IMG/VR virus record: IMGVR_UViG_2651869749_000011
Direction: 5' to 3' (one strand)
DNA length: 23,431 nt
Origin: a virus
Lineage: Duplodnaviria; Heunggongvirae; Uroviricota; Caudoviricetes
This document shows positions 1 to 12,644 of this stretch, piece after piece; within the stretch, counting starts at the first letter, position 1, and each line of letters begins with the position of its first letter. The notes beneath the pieces were generated by a model. It was not told where the DNA came from, did not search any database, and saw nothing but the letters and a program-made list of their open reading frames with translations. Both the position numbers and the translations under genes were made by a program.

Positions 1-99
1 AATCATAACCACTCGCATAGCGGGTGGTTATCTGTCTCAGCCACGATACGCCTGAAACTGGCTTTAAGTCAGCAATAATAAAAGGAGTAAATCCTTCCG

Positions 100-669
100 T
101 TATTGTGGTTGCACAGGCCAAACTGGCTCAAGAATATCAACACGGTTCAGCAATACCCGATACTTCTTCCAGGCTGTCAGCAACGATATTTCTTCCTCCG
201 TTGCAATCTCCAGATCTACCGCATCCTGAAGTGGCGAAATATGCTCACTGGCTACCTGCATCAGGCTGTTTTTTGTTTCTTCCGCCTCCCGGATCCGGAA
301 CAGTTTTTCTGCTTCTGCATCTTTCACCCAGGCTGTGCCGTTCCACTTCTGAAACTCCCCTTCCGGCGATAACCAGGTAACATTTTCCGGTAACGGACCG
401 AGTTCAGAAATAAATAAAGCATCACCGGAAGTTACGTCATATACAGTTTTACCTCGGTGGTCTTCAACAATATTCCAAGATTTATTCTCACTGTTAAAAA
501 CAGCCACAAATCCAGCCTCCACATCTGGTGGTGCTATATCTGTAGTATTAGCTGGTAGACCTGTATACGGTGGGATATATGCGTCACTTTCCCCAATAAA
601 TTCATTGGTTCCATCAAGTAAATTAAATACGCGGATAGTTTGTGCTTCTGCACTCATTCTGAAAGTCAT
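100..669 (-). CDS. tfa: tail fiber assembly chaperone (Tfa family)
   Basis: 189-aa ORF whose N-terminal and central regions read like lambda Tfa (MxFRMS..NEFIGE..AYIPPxTGLPANxTDIAPP..[34 protein letters not shown]). Its ATG overlaps the stf stop codon (TAATG), consistent with translational coupling. The last ~10 residues differ from lambda Tfa as I recall it. Confidence 0.85.
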   Translation of the reverse strand: MTFRMSAEAQTIRVFNLLDGTNEFIGESDAYIPPYTGLPANTTDIAPPDVEAGFVAVFNSENKSWNIVEDHRGKTVYDVTSGDALFISELGPLPENVTWLSPEGEFQKWNGTAWVKDAEAEKLFRIREAEETKNSLMQVASEHISPLQDAVDLEIATEEEISLLTAWKKYRVLLNRVDILEPVWPVQPQ

Positions 670-3533
670 TATGCAAGCCTCACAATATAGTTAAATGCGA
701 TGTTTTTGACGGTGTTTTCGGTATTACCAGTAGCATTTACGGTAATGGAATGCCCGTGTGAGCCAATGGCAACAGTGTGTGAATGTGCACCAATACCAAC
801 AGTATGGTTATGTGCTCCAATGTCGACTGTATGTGCATGATTGCCTGATGAACTAGTAGTCGTAGCACCTTTATCACTTCGCGGAACACCATAATTTGCA
901 CCGCCTGATTGCACGCTCACAGCAAAACCGACGGTATGTGTATGATTGCCTGAAGTATTGGTTGATTTTGTGCCGTGGTTAAACGTACTGACTGTCTTCG
1001 TGCCGTAATCAAATGAACTGGTCGTTTTCGTCCCTAAATCCGTATTTGACGCACTGGCGCTGTGAGTATGTGATTTAATCCCGTCCTGTTCCTGTGATAA
1101 TACAGCACGCCCACTGGCGGGTTTGCCCTTGATTGTCCAGCCGCGCATATCCGGAATAACACCAGAAGGATAGGCTATAGCCAGTTTCGGATATGCAGAT
1201 TTGTCAAAAGTCTGCCCCTGCATCAGGGCATAGCCAGACGGAACGGTATCTGATGGCCACGGGATTGGTGCGCCGACTGGATAAAACTCTGCAGGAGGAT
1301 GAGCCGAGGTGTAAAGCTGCGCCCACGGCGACCAGTTTGCGTCGGTCGTATCCCGTCGTGAACGAATAAATGCCGGAGCATGAGCACCGCTTGTACCACT
1401 CCAGCCGATGAGTAACTCACCTTCGCCAACGGCTGTCATCCCTTTCAGGTGAATGATATTTCCATACGCTGTTGGATATCCGTTGTTATACACCTCGTAT
1501 AACTCAAGACCTGCTGCCCCCTGCGTATTGTCTGTCAGCGCGGCTACCCGACCTTTTGAAGCCAGATTAACTGATGATACTGCTGTTCCACCTGACGGTA
1601 GCGCCCCGATCTCTGATGCCGTTGGCTTATTTCTGGAGTTATAGTCCCTTCGCCAACCAGGTGAATAATCTGTTCCGTGATTAATATAGGTAAACTGGGC
1701 GTTGGTTGTTCCGCCACCGCTGGATGTGGTCGGAGTGGTAATGCGGATCGTCATCGCTGACTTTATCCCCATTACTTCAATGACAGCTCCGGCGAGATGA
1801 ATATTACCGCAGCCAGTATCAGTAATGATTTTATTATTGCCATAAGACCAGGAACCCTTGCACATCCAGTATGGATGGTTAAATGCTCCCTGAGAATCCA
1901 GCCACTCGATAAACTGTGCAGTCGTCCAGTTTCCTGTTGTTGTGCTTACTGACCCACCGAAGGCACGGCAGGCACCAATATTTTTCGTAAAGGTGTCATT
2001 GCCAGGGATATCCGCACCGTTCTGATCTTTCTGCAGACGTTTCTCAGCATTGTCATTGGCTGCTTTTACTGCCTTCGGCGTTGCCGCCAGCGTTTCAGAT
2101 GTGCTGTTGGTCGCACTGCTGAGCTGTACTATCCCCTTTTTCGTCGTGCTCGCATCCTCAAGCGCCACGGCGGATGCAATATCCTCTGCCCGTTTTGCAG
2201 CTGTCTCGGCGCGCGTTGCCGCGGATTCAGCCGCATTTTTGCTCTGAGCTGCCTCCGTCGCACTTCCTGCCGTCTCTGTCGCCTTCGTGGATGCCGTTGA
2301 CGCACTCTCTGCCGCCGCTGACGCCTGTCTGGTCGCCTCATCTTTTGAATCAGACGCAGATGATGCCGATGATGCCGCCGAACTGGCTGATGATGCGGCT
2401 GCCGTCTTTGAGGATTCTGCGCTGGTTTCCGACGCTTTCGCGTTCGTTTCGGATGTCTTCGCTGCGGATGCAGACCTCGCTGCTGCGCTGGCCTGTTCAG
2501 CGGCTTCGCCAGCCTTCGTTGTGGCTGTTGAAGCAGACGATGCGGCACTTTCTGCCGATTTTCCGGCGGCGGTGGCACTGGCTGAGGCCTGCCCGGCACT
2601 TGTTGACGCTGCACTGGCAGACGACGCAGCCGCTGTTTTTGAGCCTGCCGCAGCTGAGGCGCTCTGTCCCGCTGCCGTTTCAGAAGACCTGACGTTCGTC
2701 TCGGACGTTTTTGCCGCCTTCGCGGAATTTCCTGCCGCCGTTGCCGAGGAAGCGGAACTACTGGCGCTCGAGGCTGCGCTCGTTTCTGATGATTTTACCG
2801 CCTCTTTTGAAGCCGACGCATCCCTGGCTGAGGAGGCCGCATCTGACGCTTTCGTGGTCGCGGTGGATGCAGAAGTGGCGGCTGATTGTTGTGACGCTGC
2901 GGCATTCGTTTCTGACGTTTTCGCCGCACCGGCACTGGTAGCCGCCGCGCTTTTTGAGGACTCTGCAGCGGCAGCACTTTTTTCCGCTTCAGTGGCCTTT
3001 GTTGATGCCGTTCCTGCGCTGGAGGACGCTGACTGAGCCGACGAAGCAGCCTGTCCGGCTGACGTGCTGGCTGCGCGTGCTGAGCCTGCAGCATCAGTCG
3101 CATGGGTTGCCGCCTCACTGGCAGATGTGCCGGCATCGCCGGCTGACTTCTTCGCGGCTGCCGTGTTCTGTGCCACCGCGGACGCGTTACGCGCCACCTC
3201 TTCCACCATCAGTTCAAAACGTCGCAGTGCCTCCGGACGGGCATCATCCTCCGTCATGGCACCGAGAAAATCATTCAGCGTACCGGGTTGAGAATCTTCA
3301 TACACGGTGATAGTCCCGGCATGTGACGGCGGGAATCCCTCCACCAACAGAATAACGCTGTACTGACCATACTCAACGTCCATACTGTAACGCCCGGCTT
3401 CATCCGGATTTTCTGAGGCCAGCGTGTTCACCACCACCGTGGTACTGTTACGTTTTGCTTTCAGCTGGATTGTGCAGTTCTGTACCGGTTTTCCTGTGCC
3501 GTCTTTCAGTACACCAGAAATCTTTACTGCCAT
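669..3533 (-). CDS. stf: side tail fiber protein
   Basis: 955 aa from the ATG at 3533 (the ORF track begins 2 codons upstream at a GTG). The N-terminus [26 protein letters not shown].. matches lambda Stf. It is followed by a long Ala/Ser/Thr-rich low-complexity shaft and a C-terminal His-rich tip ([37 protein letters not shown]) of the type seen in the T4 gp37 fiber tip. Confidence 0.85.
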   Translation of the reverse strand: MAVKISGVLKDGTGKPVQNCTIQLKAKRNSTTVVVNTLASENPDEAGRYSMDVEYGQYSVILLVEGFPPSHAGTITVYEDSQPGTLNDFLGAMTEDDARPEALRRFELMVEEVARNASAVAQNTAAAKKSAGDAGTSASEAATHATDAAGSARAASTSAGQAASSAQSASSSAGTASTKATEAEKSAAAAESSKSAAATSAGAAKTSETNAAASQQSAATSASTATTKASDAASSARDASASKEAVKSSETSAASSASSSASSATAAGNSAKAAKTSETNVRSSETAAGQSASAAAGSKTAAASSASAASTSAGQASASATAAGKSAESAASSASTATTKAGEAAEQASAAARSASAAKTSETNAKASETSAESSKTAAASSASSAASSASSASDSKDEATRQASAAAESASTASTKATETAGSATEAAQSKNAAESAATRAETAAKRAEDIASAVALEDASTTKKGIVQLSSATNSTSETLAATPKAVKAANDNAEKRLQKDQNGADIPGNDTFTKNIGACRAFGGSVSTTTGNWTTAQFIEWLDSQGAFNHPYWMCKGSWSYGNNKIITDTGCGNIHLAGAVIEVMGIKSAMTIRITTPTTSSGGGTTNAQFTYINHGTDYSPGWRRDYNSRNKPTASEIGALPSGGTAVSSVNLASKGRVAALTDNTQGAAGLELYEVYNNGYPTAYGNIIHLKGMTAVGEGELLIGWSGTSGAHAPAFIRSRRDTTDANWSPWAQLYTSAHPPAEFYPVGAPIPWPSDTVPSGYALMQGQTFDKSAYPKLAIAYPSGVIPDMRGWTIKGKPASGRAVLSQEQDGIKSHTHSASASNTDLGTKTTSSFDYGTKTVSTFNHGTKSTNTSGNHTHTVGFAVSVQSGGANYGVPRSDKGATTTSSSGNHAHTVDIGAHNHTVGIGAHSHTVAIGSHGHSITVNATGNTENTVKNIAFNYIVRLA
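2100..3200 (-). repeat. low-complexity Ala/Ser/Thr-rich repeat region inside stf (fibrous shaft)
   Basis: Protein-level reiteration of motifs such as [18 protein letters not shown] and TASTKATE across roughly 350 residues. The GC-rich GCN/TCN codon bias generates several long shadow ORFs in other frames on both strands. Boundaries are approximate. Confidence 0.7.
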
Positions 3534-3544
3534 ATTCACCCCAC

Positions 3545-3571
3545 AAAAAAGCCCGCCTGAACCGGCGGGCT
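3545..3571 (-). terminator. rho-independent terminator downstream of lom
   Basis: On the minus strand: AGCCCGCC-GGTTCA-GGCGGGCT (8-bp GC-rich stem, 6-nt loop) followed directly by TTTTTTGT. It lies 26 nt after the lom stop and immediately before the stf ribosome binding site. Confidence 0.7.
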
Positions 3572-3597
3572 GTCATAACACTGTGTTACCTGGCTAA

Positions 3598-4197
3598 TCA
3601 GAATTTATAACCGACACCCACGATGAAACCGTCAGTGCGCCAGTCGCCACTGCCGGAGCCTTCATAAGCAATATCAACGGCCACGGATTCGGTCGGGTTA
3701 AACTGCACGCCAGCTCCCCACGCCAGAGAGGTGTTACTGTGGCGAGCGTCATCACTTCCGGTCAGCACATCGTGCGTTTTCCCCTTGTTGTCAGTTACGC
3801 GGAGATAATCCCCGAAGAAAGTCGACACACGGCTGTAAGCCACACCCGCCATCGCATACGCGCTGAACCATTCATTCACGCGCACAGACGGCCCCGCCAT
3901 CACGCTGAACCAGCGGTTACGAACGGAATCTTCATGCCAGCGGGTATCGCTGTAACGGGTAAGCTGGCGATTCTTGTCTCCTGCATAGCTGAATGACGTC
4001 ACCATTCCCAGCGTGTCCGTAAACTCATAACGGTATTTCACGTTAATCCCGTTCAGATCATCGCTGCCGGAAACGTTCGTCGAGACATGAAGATAGCCCG
4101 CGCTCAGCGTGGACTGATGTTCAGATGCCCATGCAGGCGCACCGGATACGGCCAGACAGATGGCTGCGGAAAAAATGGCGGCATAAAGTTTACGCAT
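3598..4197 (-). CDS. lom: outer membrane beta-barrel protein Lom (Ail/Lom/PagC/OmpX family)
   Basis: 199-aa ORF at the lambda lom position between J and stf. It has an N-terminal signal peptide ([24 protein letters not shown]|SE), alternating amphipathic beta-strand character and a C-terminal aromatic residue (..GVGYKF) typical of outer membrane barrels. Confidence 0.85.
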   Translation of the reverse strand: MRKLYAAIFSAAICLAVSGAPAWASEHQSTLSAGYLHVSTNVSGSDDLNGINVKYRYEFTDTLGMVTSFSYAGDKNRQLTRYSDTRWHEDSVRNRWFSVMAGPSVRVNEWFSAYAMAGVAYSRVSTFFGDYLRVTDNKGKTHDVLTGSDDARHSNTSLAWGAGVQFNPTESVAVDIAYEGSGSGDWRTDGFIVGVGYKF

Positions 4198-4221
4198 AAT
4201 TACCTCTCGCTTTTCTGCAAT

Positions 4222-4245
4222 AAAAAAGGCGTCATTTCTGACGCC
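4222..4245 (-). terminator. rho-independent terminator downstream of J
   Basis: On the minus strand: GGCGTCA-GAAA-TGACGCC (7-bp stem, 4-nt loop) followed by TTTTTTATT, 18 nt after the J stop codon. Confidence 0.7.
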
Positions 4246-4263
4246 CGTTATGGGTTATAAAAT

Positions 4264-7665
<3,402 letters not shown>

Positions 7666-7684
7666 TCATGCTCCATAAACGACA

Positions 7685-7704
7685 AAACCGCCCGGAGGCG
7701 GTTT
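7685..7704 (-). terminator. terminator-like stem-loop in the I-J intergenic region
   Basis: Perfect 8-bp stem AAACCGCC / GGCGGTTT with a 4-nt loop, followed on the minus strand by a moderately U-rich tract (TGTCGTTTAT) and then the J ribosome binding site (GGAG) and start. Function not established. Confidence 0.3.
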
Positions 7705-7722
7705 CACATGAAATATTTTGCA

Positions 7723-8394
7723 TCAGCGGCCAATCACCACAACCTGACCACCGTCCCCTTCGTCTGCCGTGCTGATCTCCTGAGAAACCACGCGTGACCC
7801 CACGCGCATTTCACCGTACAGAACCGGCAGAACATTGCCCTGGGCAACCATGTTATCCAGTGAGGAGAAATAGGTGTTTTGTTTGCCGTTATCCGTTGTC
7901 TGTGTACGGGGAGTTCTGGCTTTCGGTGCCAGCATTTGCGCCACACCACCGAGCACCATACTGGCACCGAGAGAAAACAGGATGCCGGTCATACCACCGG
8001 CCCCAATGGCTGCCCCCCATGCTGCAAGGGTGGCTCCGGCGGTAAAGAATGATCCGGCAATGGCGGCAGCCCCCAGGACAATCTGGAATACGCCACCTGA
8101 CTTGGCCCCGGCGACTCTGGGAACAATATGAATCACAGCGCCATCAGGCAGAGTATCATGTAACTGCGCCGTTAACCCGGACGTGCTGACGTCCCGCCCG
8201 GCAATCCGTACCTGATACCAACCGTCGCTCAGTTTCTGACGAAACGCCGGAAGCTGTGTGGCCAGCGCCCGGATGGCTTCAGCACCCGTTTTCACACGAA
8301 GGTCGATGCGGCGGCCAAATCGTTGTAAATCCCCGTAAAGGCAGATGCGTGCCATGCCCGGTGACGCCAGAGGGAGTGTGTGCGTCGCTGCCAT
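7723..8394 (-). CDS. I: tail tip assembly protein I
   Basis: 223-aa ORF, the same length and position as lambda gpI. Its first 34 codons overlap the 3' end of K in another frame (103-bp overlap). Confidence 0.9.
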   Translation of the reverse strand: MAATHTLPLASPGMARICLYGDLQRFGRRIDLRVKTGAEAIRALATQLPAFRQKLSDGWYQVRIAGRDVSTSGLTAQLHDTLPDGAVIHIVPRVAGAKSGGVFQIVLGAAAIAGSFFTAGATLAAWGAAIGAGGMTGILFSLGASMVLGGVAQMLAPKARTPRTQTTDNGKQNTYFSSLDNMVAQGNVLPVLYGEMRVGSRVVSQEISTADEGDGGQVVVIGR

Positions 8395-9035
8395 TTGTCG
8401 GTATACCTCTCTCGTTTGCTCAGTTGTTCAGGAATATGGTGCAGCAGCTCGCCGTCACCACAGTAAATAGCGGCATGATTCGGCACCGATGAACCAAAGC
8501 AGCACAGCAGCACATCGCCCGGCTGCGCCGCTGACAACGGCACCTGATACAGCCCCGTTGCCTCCAGATTATCCAGATAGAGATTCTGACCGTGACGCCA
8601 CCAGTCATCCTCCCGCGTAAAATCCGGCATCTCAATCCCCGCCAGATGGTAAGCGTCCCGGAACAGCGTGTAACAGTCCGTCACCCCGTGCTCAAAGCGC
8701 CGCCCGGTGAGATGCGGCACACAGCGGAACTTGTGAATCGCCCCCCGGCAGACCAGCCACCACGGCAAATCACTCTGCACCTGCAGCCGCCGGTCGGCCT
8801 CACTCAGCCAGGGCAGACCACCGGGATGACTGTGGACCAGCGCCACAATCTCACCCTGCATCTCTGCCTGCAGCCAGTCCTCCGGCGACATCCGGAAATA
8901 ATCCTCCGGCTCACCGGAGATATTCACGCAGGGAAAATATCTTTCCCCCTCCGGCGTTCTCACCACGAAGCCGCACGACTCCGCTGGCGCACATCGCCGG
9001 GCGTGCGCCAGAATCGCTGATTCTGTCTCTGTCAT
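8292..9035 (-). CDS. K: tail tip assembly protein K (JAMM/MPN-like plus NlpC/P60-like)
   Basis: 247-aa ORF starting 6 nt after the L stop. It contains H68-S-H70-x7-S78-x2-D81 (ALVHSHPGGLPWLSEAD), a JAMM-type metal-binding motif, preceded by E19-S-C-G-F-V-V, which resembles the conserved upstream Glu motif of that fold. An alternative internal start exists at 8891 (MSPEDWLQAE.., preceded by GGAGG), which would give 199 aa. Confidence 0.8.
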   Translation of the reverse strand: MTETESAILAHARRCAPAESCGFVVRTPEGERYFPCVNISGEPEDYFRMSPEDWLQAEMQGEIVALVHSHPGGLPWLSEADRRLQVQSDLPWWLVCRGAIHKFRCVPHLTGRRFEHGVTDCYTLFRDAYHLAGIEMPDFTREDDWWRHGQNLYLDNLEATGLYQVPLSAAQPGDVLLCCFGSSVPNHAAIYCGDGELLHHIPEQLSKRERYTDKWQRRTHSLWRHRAWHASAFTGIYNDLAAASTFV

Positions 9036-9040
9036 GGGAT

Positions 9041-9739
9041 TTACTGCGAAAGTTTGTTAATGGAAAGGAAGCCGCCAAAGTTGCCGACGTTATTGCGAAA
9101 CTTACAGCCACTCAGGCATTTGCTGCATTTATCCTTCGTGATATCGGACGTCGGCTGGTCATATTCATCCGCGACCGCCGGACCGCTATAACCGCACTCA
9201 TCACCGCGATAGGTCCAGGTACAGGTGTTGGCCAGCATGATGCGCCCCGGAAAAACAGCACCATCCGTTTCCGTCGGTGTGGACAACACAAAGGAGGCAC
9301 TGACCGCGCTCAGTTCGCTGCACTGCTCGATGCGCCAGCGGCTGATCACCTCCTGCTCCGGATCGGCATCGCTGTTTCCGTTGACGAAGTTCACCGCATC
9401 CAGAAAACGGGCGTAAACCTTACGCCTGACCACCGTTCCGCCGACCAGACTCTGCAGATCTTCCACCATCCCGGTGACCATGCCGTACAGGTTAGAGACT
9501 GCCAGCGTGGGGCGCGTACTGGTGCCTTTGCCATTCAGTTCAAAACCACTCCCCTGAATGGGATACGCCAGATACTGCCGCCCCTGCCAGGTGACCGGCT
9601 CACCTTTTTCGTTCTGCTCATTACAGAAAAAATAACGTTCACCACCGACCTCTGTCAGATCGATTTCCCAGAGCACCACGCTGGCCGACTGCTCCGCACG
9701 GGTGCATTCATTCAGTGTTTCCTGCCGGATATCCTGCAT
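9041..9739 (-). CDS. L: tail tip assembly protein L
   Basis: 232-aa ORF, the same length and order as lambda gpL. Its start overlaps the M stop by 1 nt. Confidence 0.9.
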   Translation of the reverse strand: MQDIRQETLNECTRAEQSASVVLWEIDLTEVGGERYFFCNEQNEKGEPVTWQGRQYLAYPIQGSGFELNGKGTSTRPTLAVSNLYGMVTGMVEDLQSLVGGTVVRRKVYARFLDAVNFVNGNSDADPEQEVISRWRIEQCSELSAVSASFVLSTPTETDGAVFPGRIMLANTCTWTYRGDECGYSGPAVADEYDQPTSDITKDKCSKCLSGCKFRNNVGNFGGFLSINKLSQ

Positions 9740-10068
9740 CAGTTCACCACCTGTTTAAACTCTGCGCTGAACTCAACACGCAGCATACTGACCCGCGACG
9801 TCCATTTTGCGCAGGTCACCTTTATCTGCCGCCAGTCATAAGGCGGCGTCCACAGAAAGGCTTTCCAGCCTCCGTGCTCTGCCAGAAACGATTCCAGCGC
9901 CGTGGCCTCCCAACGGGGGACAGAAATCGTCACGCTGTACGTTTTCAGGTTGGCATTCAGCCCGGCAGGCGCGCGCTGGGAGTAACCATCACCAAAGCGC
10001 ACCTCCCTGACGGAAGGAGTCGAAGCCACATCCATACCCGGTTTCACTTTCCAGCGGAAGGTTTTCAT
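9739..10068 (-). CDS. M: tail tip assembly protein M
   Basis: 109-aa ORF, the same length as lambda gpM. Its start overlaps the H stop (ATGA). Confidence 0.9.
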   Translation of the reverse strand: MKTFRWKVKPGMDVASTPSVREVRFGDGYSQRAPAGLNANLKTYSVTISVPRWEATALESFLAEHGGWKAFLWTPPYDWRQIKVTCAKWTSRVSMLRVEFSAEFKQVVN

Positions 10069-12644
10069 CGTCCACCTCCGGAGAACAGACCACCATCACG
10101 CATCTGCCCGGTCACAACATCCATTGCCGCCTTACGGGCTACGTCATAAACCGCCTTCAGCGCCTGTGGCCCTATCTGACCGTTCGTGCCGTCGTTGTTA
10201 ATCACCACATGGTTATTCTGCTCAAACTTCCCGGACGCCTGCGACCGACTGTCCGCCATGCTGCCCGGTGTACCGACATAACCGCCGGTGGCATAGCCGC
10301 GCATCAGCCGGTAAAGATTCCCCACGCCAATCCGGCTGGTTGCCTCCTTCGTGAAGACAAATTCACCACGGTGAACAATCCCCGCTGGCTCATATTTGCC
10401 GCCGGTTCCCGTAAATCCTCCGGTCGCAAAATGGAGTTTCGCCGCAGCGGCCTGAATGGCTGCACCACCTGACGCTGATGAGCCGCCACCGGTAGCACCT
10501 CCAATGGCGCTGCCGATACTCCCGACAATCCCCACCATTGCCTGCTTAAGCAGAATTTCTGTCATCATGGACAGCACGGAACGGGTGAAGCTGCGCCAGT
10601 TCTGTTCACTGCCGGTCAGCATCGCCGCCATATTCTGTGCAATACCATCAAAGGTCTGCGTGGCTGCACTTTTAACCTGCGACATACTGTCCGTGGCGCT
10701 CTCTTCCCACTCACTCCAGCCGGACTTCAGGCCTGCCATCCAGCTCCCACGAAGCTGGTCTTCAGCCGCCCAGGTCTTTTTCTGCTCTGACATGACGTTA
10801 TTCAGCGCCAGCGGATTATCGCCATACTCCTCCTTCAGGCGCTGTTCCGTGCCTTCCCGTTCTGCCTGCCGGTCAGTCAGCCCCCGGCTTTTCGCATCAA
10901 TGGCGGCCCGTTTTGCCCGTTGCTGCTGTGCGAATTTATCCGCCTGCTGCGCCAGCGCGTTCAGGTGCTCCTGATACGTAACCTTGTCGCCAAGTGCAGC
11001 CAGCTGGCGCTTGTACTCCAGCGTCTCATCTTTATGCGCCAGCAGGGATTTCTCCTGTGCAGACAGCTGGCGACGTTGCGCCGCCTCCTCCAGTACCGCG
11101 AACTGATTCTCCGCCTTCCACAAATCCCGGCGCTGCTGGCTGATTTTCTCATTCGCTCCGGCATGCTTCTCCAGCGTCCGGAGTTCTGCCTGAAGCGTCA
11201 GAAGGGCAGCATGAGCACTGTCTTCCTGACGATCGCCCGCAGACACCTTCACGCCGGAGTGCTTCGGCTTTTTCAGCGTCGCTTCATAGTCCTTTTTCGC
11301 CGCCGCCATCAGCGTGTTGTAATCTGCCTGCAGGATTTTCCCGTCCTTCAGTGCCTTGTTCAGTTCTTCCTGACGGGCGGTATATTTCTCCAGCGGCGTC
11401 TGCAGGCGTTCGTAAGCCTTCTGCGCCTCTTCGGTATATTTCAGCCGTGATGCCTCAGAGTCGGCCCAGTCCTTTGCTGCCATCTCTCTGGCCTTTTCAA
11501 GATCGGCCTTCAACGTGGCGGCTGAAAGCCCAAGTTGCGCATTCACTCTGTCCTCCCATGCTCCACGGAGATTGGCAAGAAATGCTGAGGTTTTACCGCG
11601 CCGGTGGCTTCGGCTCTGATACCACTGCCATTTTTTATCCGCTTCATCAAAAGCCTTTTCAGCTTTGGCGAGCATATCTGCAGAGGAGTCCGGGCGGCCA
11701 ATATCCAGCACCGCATCCCACATGGATTTGAATGCCTGTGCAGTCTTGTCAGCCCAGGTCTCCAGCGTACCCATGTTCTCTTTCAGGCGGCGGGTCTGGT
11801 CATCAAACCCTTTCGTTGCGGCCTCGTTCGCCGCCTGCAACGCCCCGGCCCCATCGCCGGAACGCTGCAACTGAGCAACATACGCAATCTGTTCCGCCGT
11901 CACGTTATGGAACTGGCGCGCCATCGCCGTCAACCCAGACGTCGGGTCAGTGGTCAGCTTCCCGAAGGCTTCAGCGACCTTGTCCACCTCCACGCCGGAT
12001 GCAGAGGAGAAACGCGCCACACTCTGGCTGATTGCCTCAAACTGCTCACCACCACGCACACCGGCATTCACCAGCGCCGTCAGTGACTCGCTGGTCTGGT
12101 TAAACGTCAGCCCTGCCGCCTGCCCGGATCTGGACAGGGCCAGCATACGATCTGCCGTCAGTCCCGCCTGATTACCGGAAAGGACCAGCGTTTTGTTGAA
12201 ATTAGACAGGGTTGAGTCACCCTGATACCAGGCATACGCCAGCGCACCGGTCGCCACCGCTAGCGAAGTGATACCAACCATCGGCAGGGTGATCGCACCG
12301 GCAAGCCCCCTGAACATGGGGATCATCCCGCCGAAGGAGTCCTTCACCTGACCGCCCTGTTGCAGCAGGATCAGCCACGGACTTTGCCCGCCTGCAAGCT
12401 GCGTGGCCACGTCGGTGAACTGCGCAGGCAGCATACGCATGGCAGCTTTATACTGCCCGACGGAAATCCCCGCTTTCTGTGCAGCCAGCGCCTGTCGGTT
12501 CATCGACTGTTCAACGACTGCCGCTGTTTTTTTCGCATCACTTTCCGTACCGGAAAAATGACGCCTGACTCTGGCCATCTGCTCGTCAAATCTGGCCGCA
12601 TCCAGACTCAAATCAACGACCAGATCACCTACCGGTTCAGCCAT
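10065..12644 (-). CDS. H: tail tape measure protein H
   Basis: 859-aa ORF with N-terminus MAEPVGDLVVDLSLDAARFDEQMARVRRHF.. as in lambda gpH, a coiled-coil-rich middle and a Gly-rich C-terminal region. A strong ribosome binding site (AGGAGG) precedes it and its start overlaps the end of the T frame. Confidence 0.95.
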   Translation of the reverse strand: MAEPVGDLVVDLSLDAARFDEQMARVRRHFSGTESDAKKTAAVVEQSMNRQALAAQKAGISVGQYKAAMRMLPAQFTDVATQLAGGQSPWLILLQQGGQVKDSFGGMIPMFRGLAGAITLPMVGITSLAVATGALAYAWYQGDSTLSNFNKTLVLSGNQAGLTADRMLALSRSGQAAGLTFNQTSESLTALVNAGVRGGEQFEAISQSVARFSSASGVEVDKVAEAFGKLTTDPTSGLTAMARQFHNVTAEQIAYVAQLQRSGDGAGALQAANEAATKGFDDQTRRLKENMGTLETWADKTAQAFKSMWDAVLDIGRPDSSADMLAKAEKAFDEADKKWQWYQSRSHRRGKTSAFLANLRGAWEDRVNAQLGLSAATLKADLEKAREMAAKDWADSEASRLKYTEEAQKAYERLQTPLEKYTARQEELNKALKDGKILQADYNTLMAAAKKDYEATLKKPKHSGVKVSAGDRQEDSAHAALLTLQAELRTLEKHAGANEKISQQRRDLWKAENQFAVLEEAAQRRQLSAQEKSLLAHKDETLEYKRQLAALGDKVTYQEHLNALAQQADKFAQQQRAKRAAIDAKSRGLTDRQAEREGTEQRLKEEYGDNPLALNNVMSEQKKTWAAEDQLRGSWMAGLKSGWSEWEESATDSMSQVKSAATQTFDGIAQNMAAMLTGSEQNWRSFTRSVLSMMTEILLKQAMVGIVGSIGSAIGGATGGGSSASGGAAIQAAAAKLHFATGGFTGTGGKYEPAGIVHRGEFVFTKEATSRIGVGNLYRLMRGYATGGYVGTPGSMADSRSQASGKFEQNNHVVINNDGTNGQIGPQALKAVYDVARKAAMDVVTGQMRDGGLFSGGGR

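Noticed and set aside
5-31. Palindrome considered as a Hin/Gin/Pin-type inversion crossover site for a tail-fiber switching system
   Set aside because: The half-sites do not resemble the A-tract-containing invertase consensus as I recall it. No invertase gene or inverted partner copy is visible in the window, and stf/tfa are single copy. Kept only as a low-interest palindrome.
24-380. Plus-strand ORFs of 118 and 89 aa overlapping tfa
   Set aside because: Antisense to the homology-supported tfa gene; treated as spurious.
2050-3310. Several 60- to 250-aa ORFs on both strands inside the stf repeat region (e.g. 2287..3036 +, 2129..2614 -, 2174..2692 +)
   Set aside because: They are alternate-frame or antisense readings of the Ala/Ser-rich GCN/TCN repeat, with extreme low-complexity composition (Asp/Ala-rich or Arg/Pro/Gln-rich). 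All are explained by the stf frame.
10209-12086. Multiple plus-strand ORFs of 100 to 176 aa antisense to H
   Set aside because: Shadow ORFs inside the tape measure gene, with no independent support.
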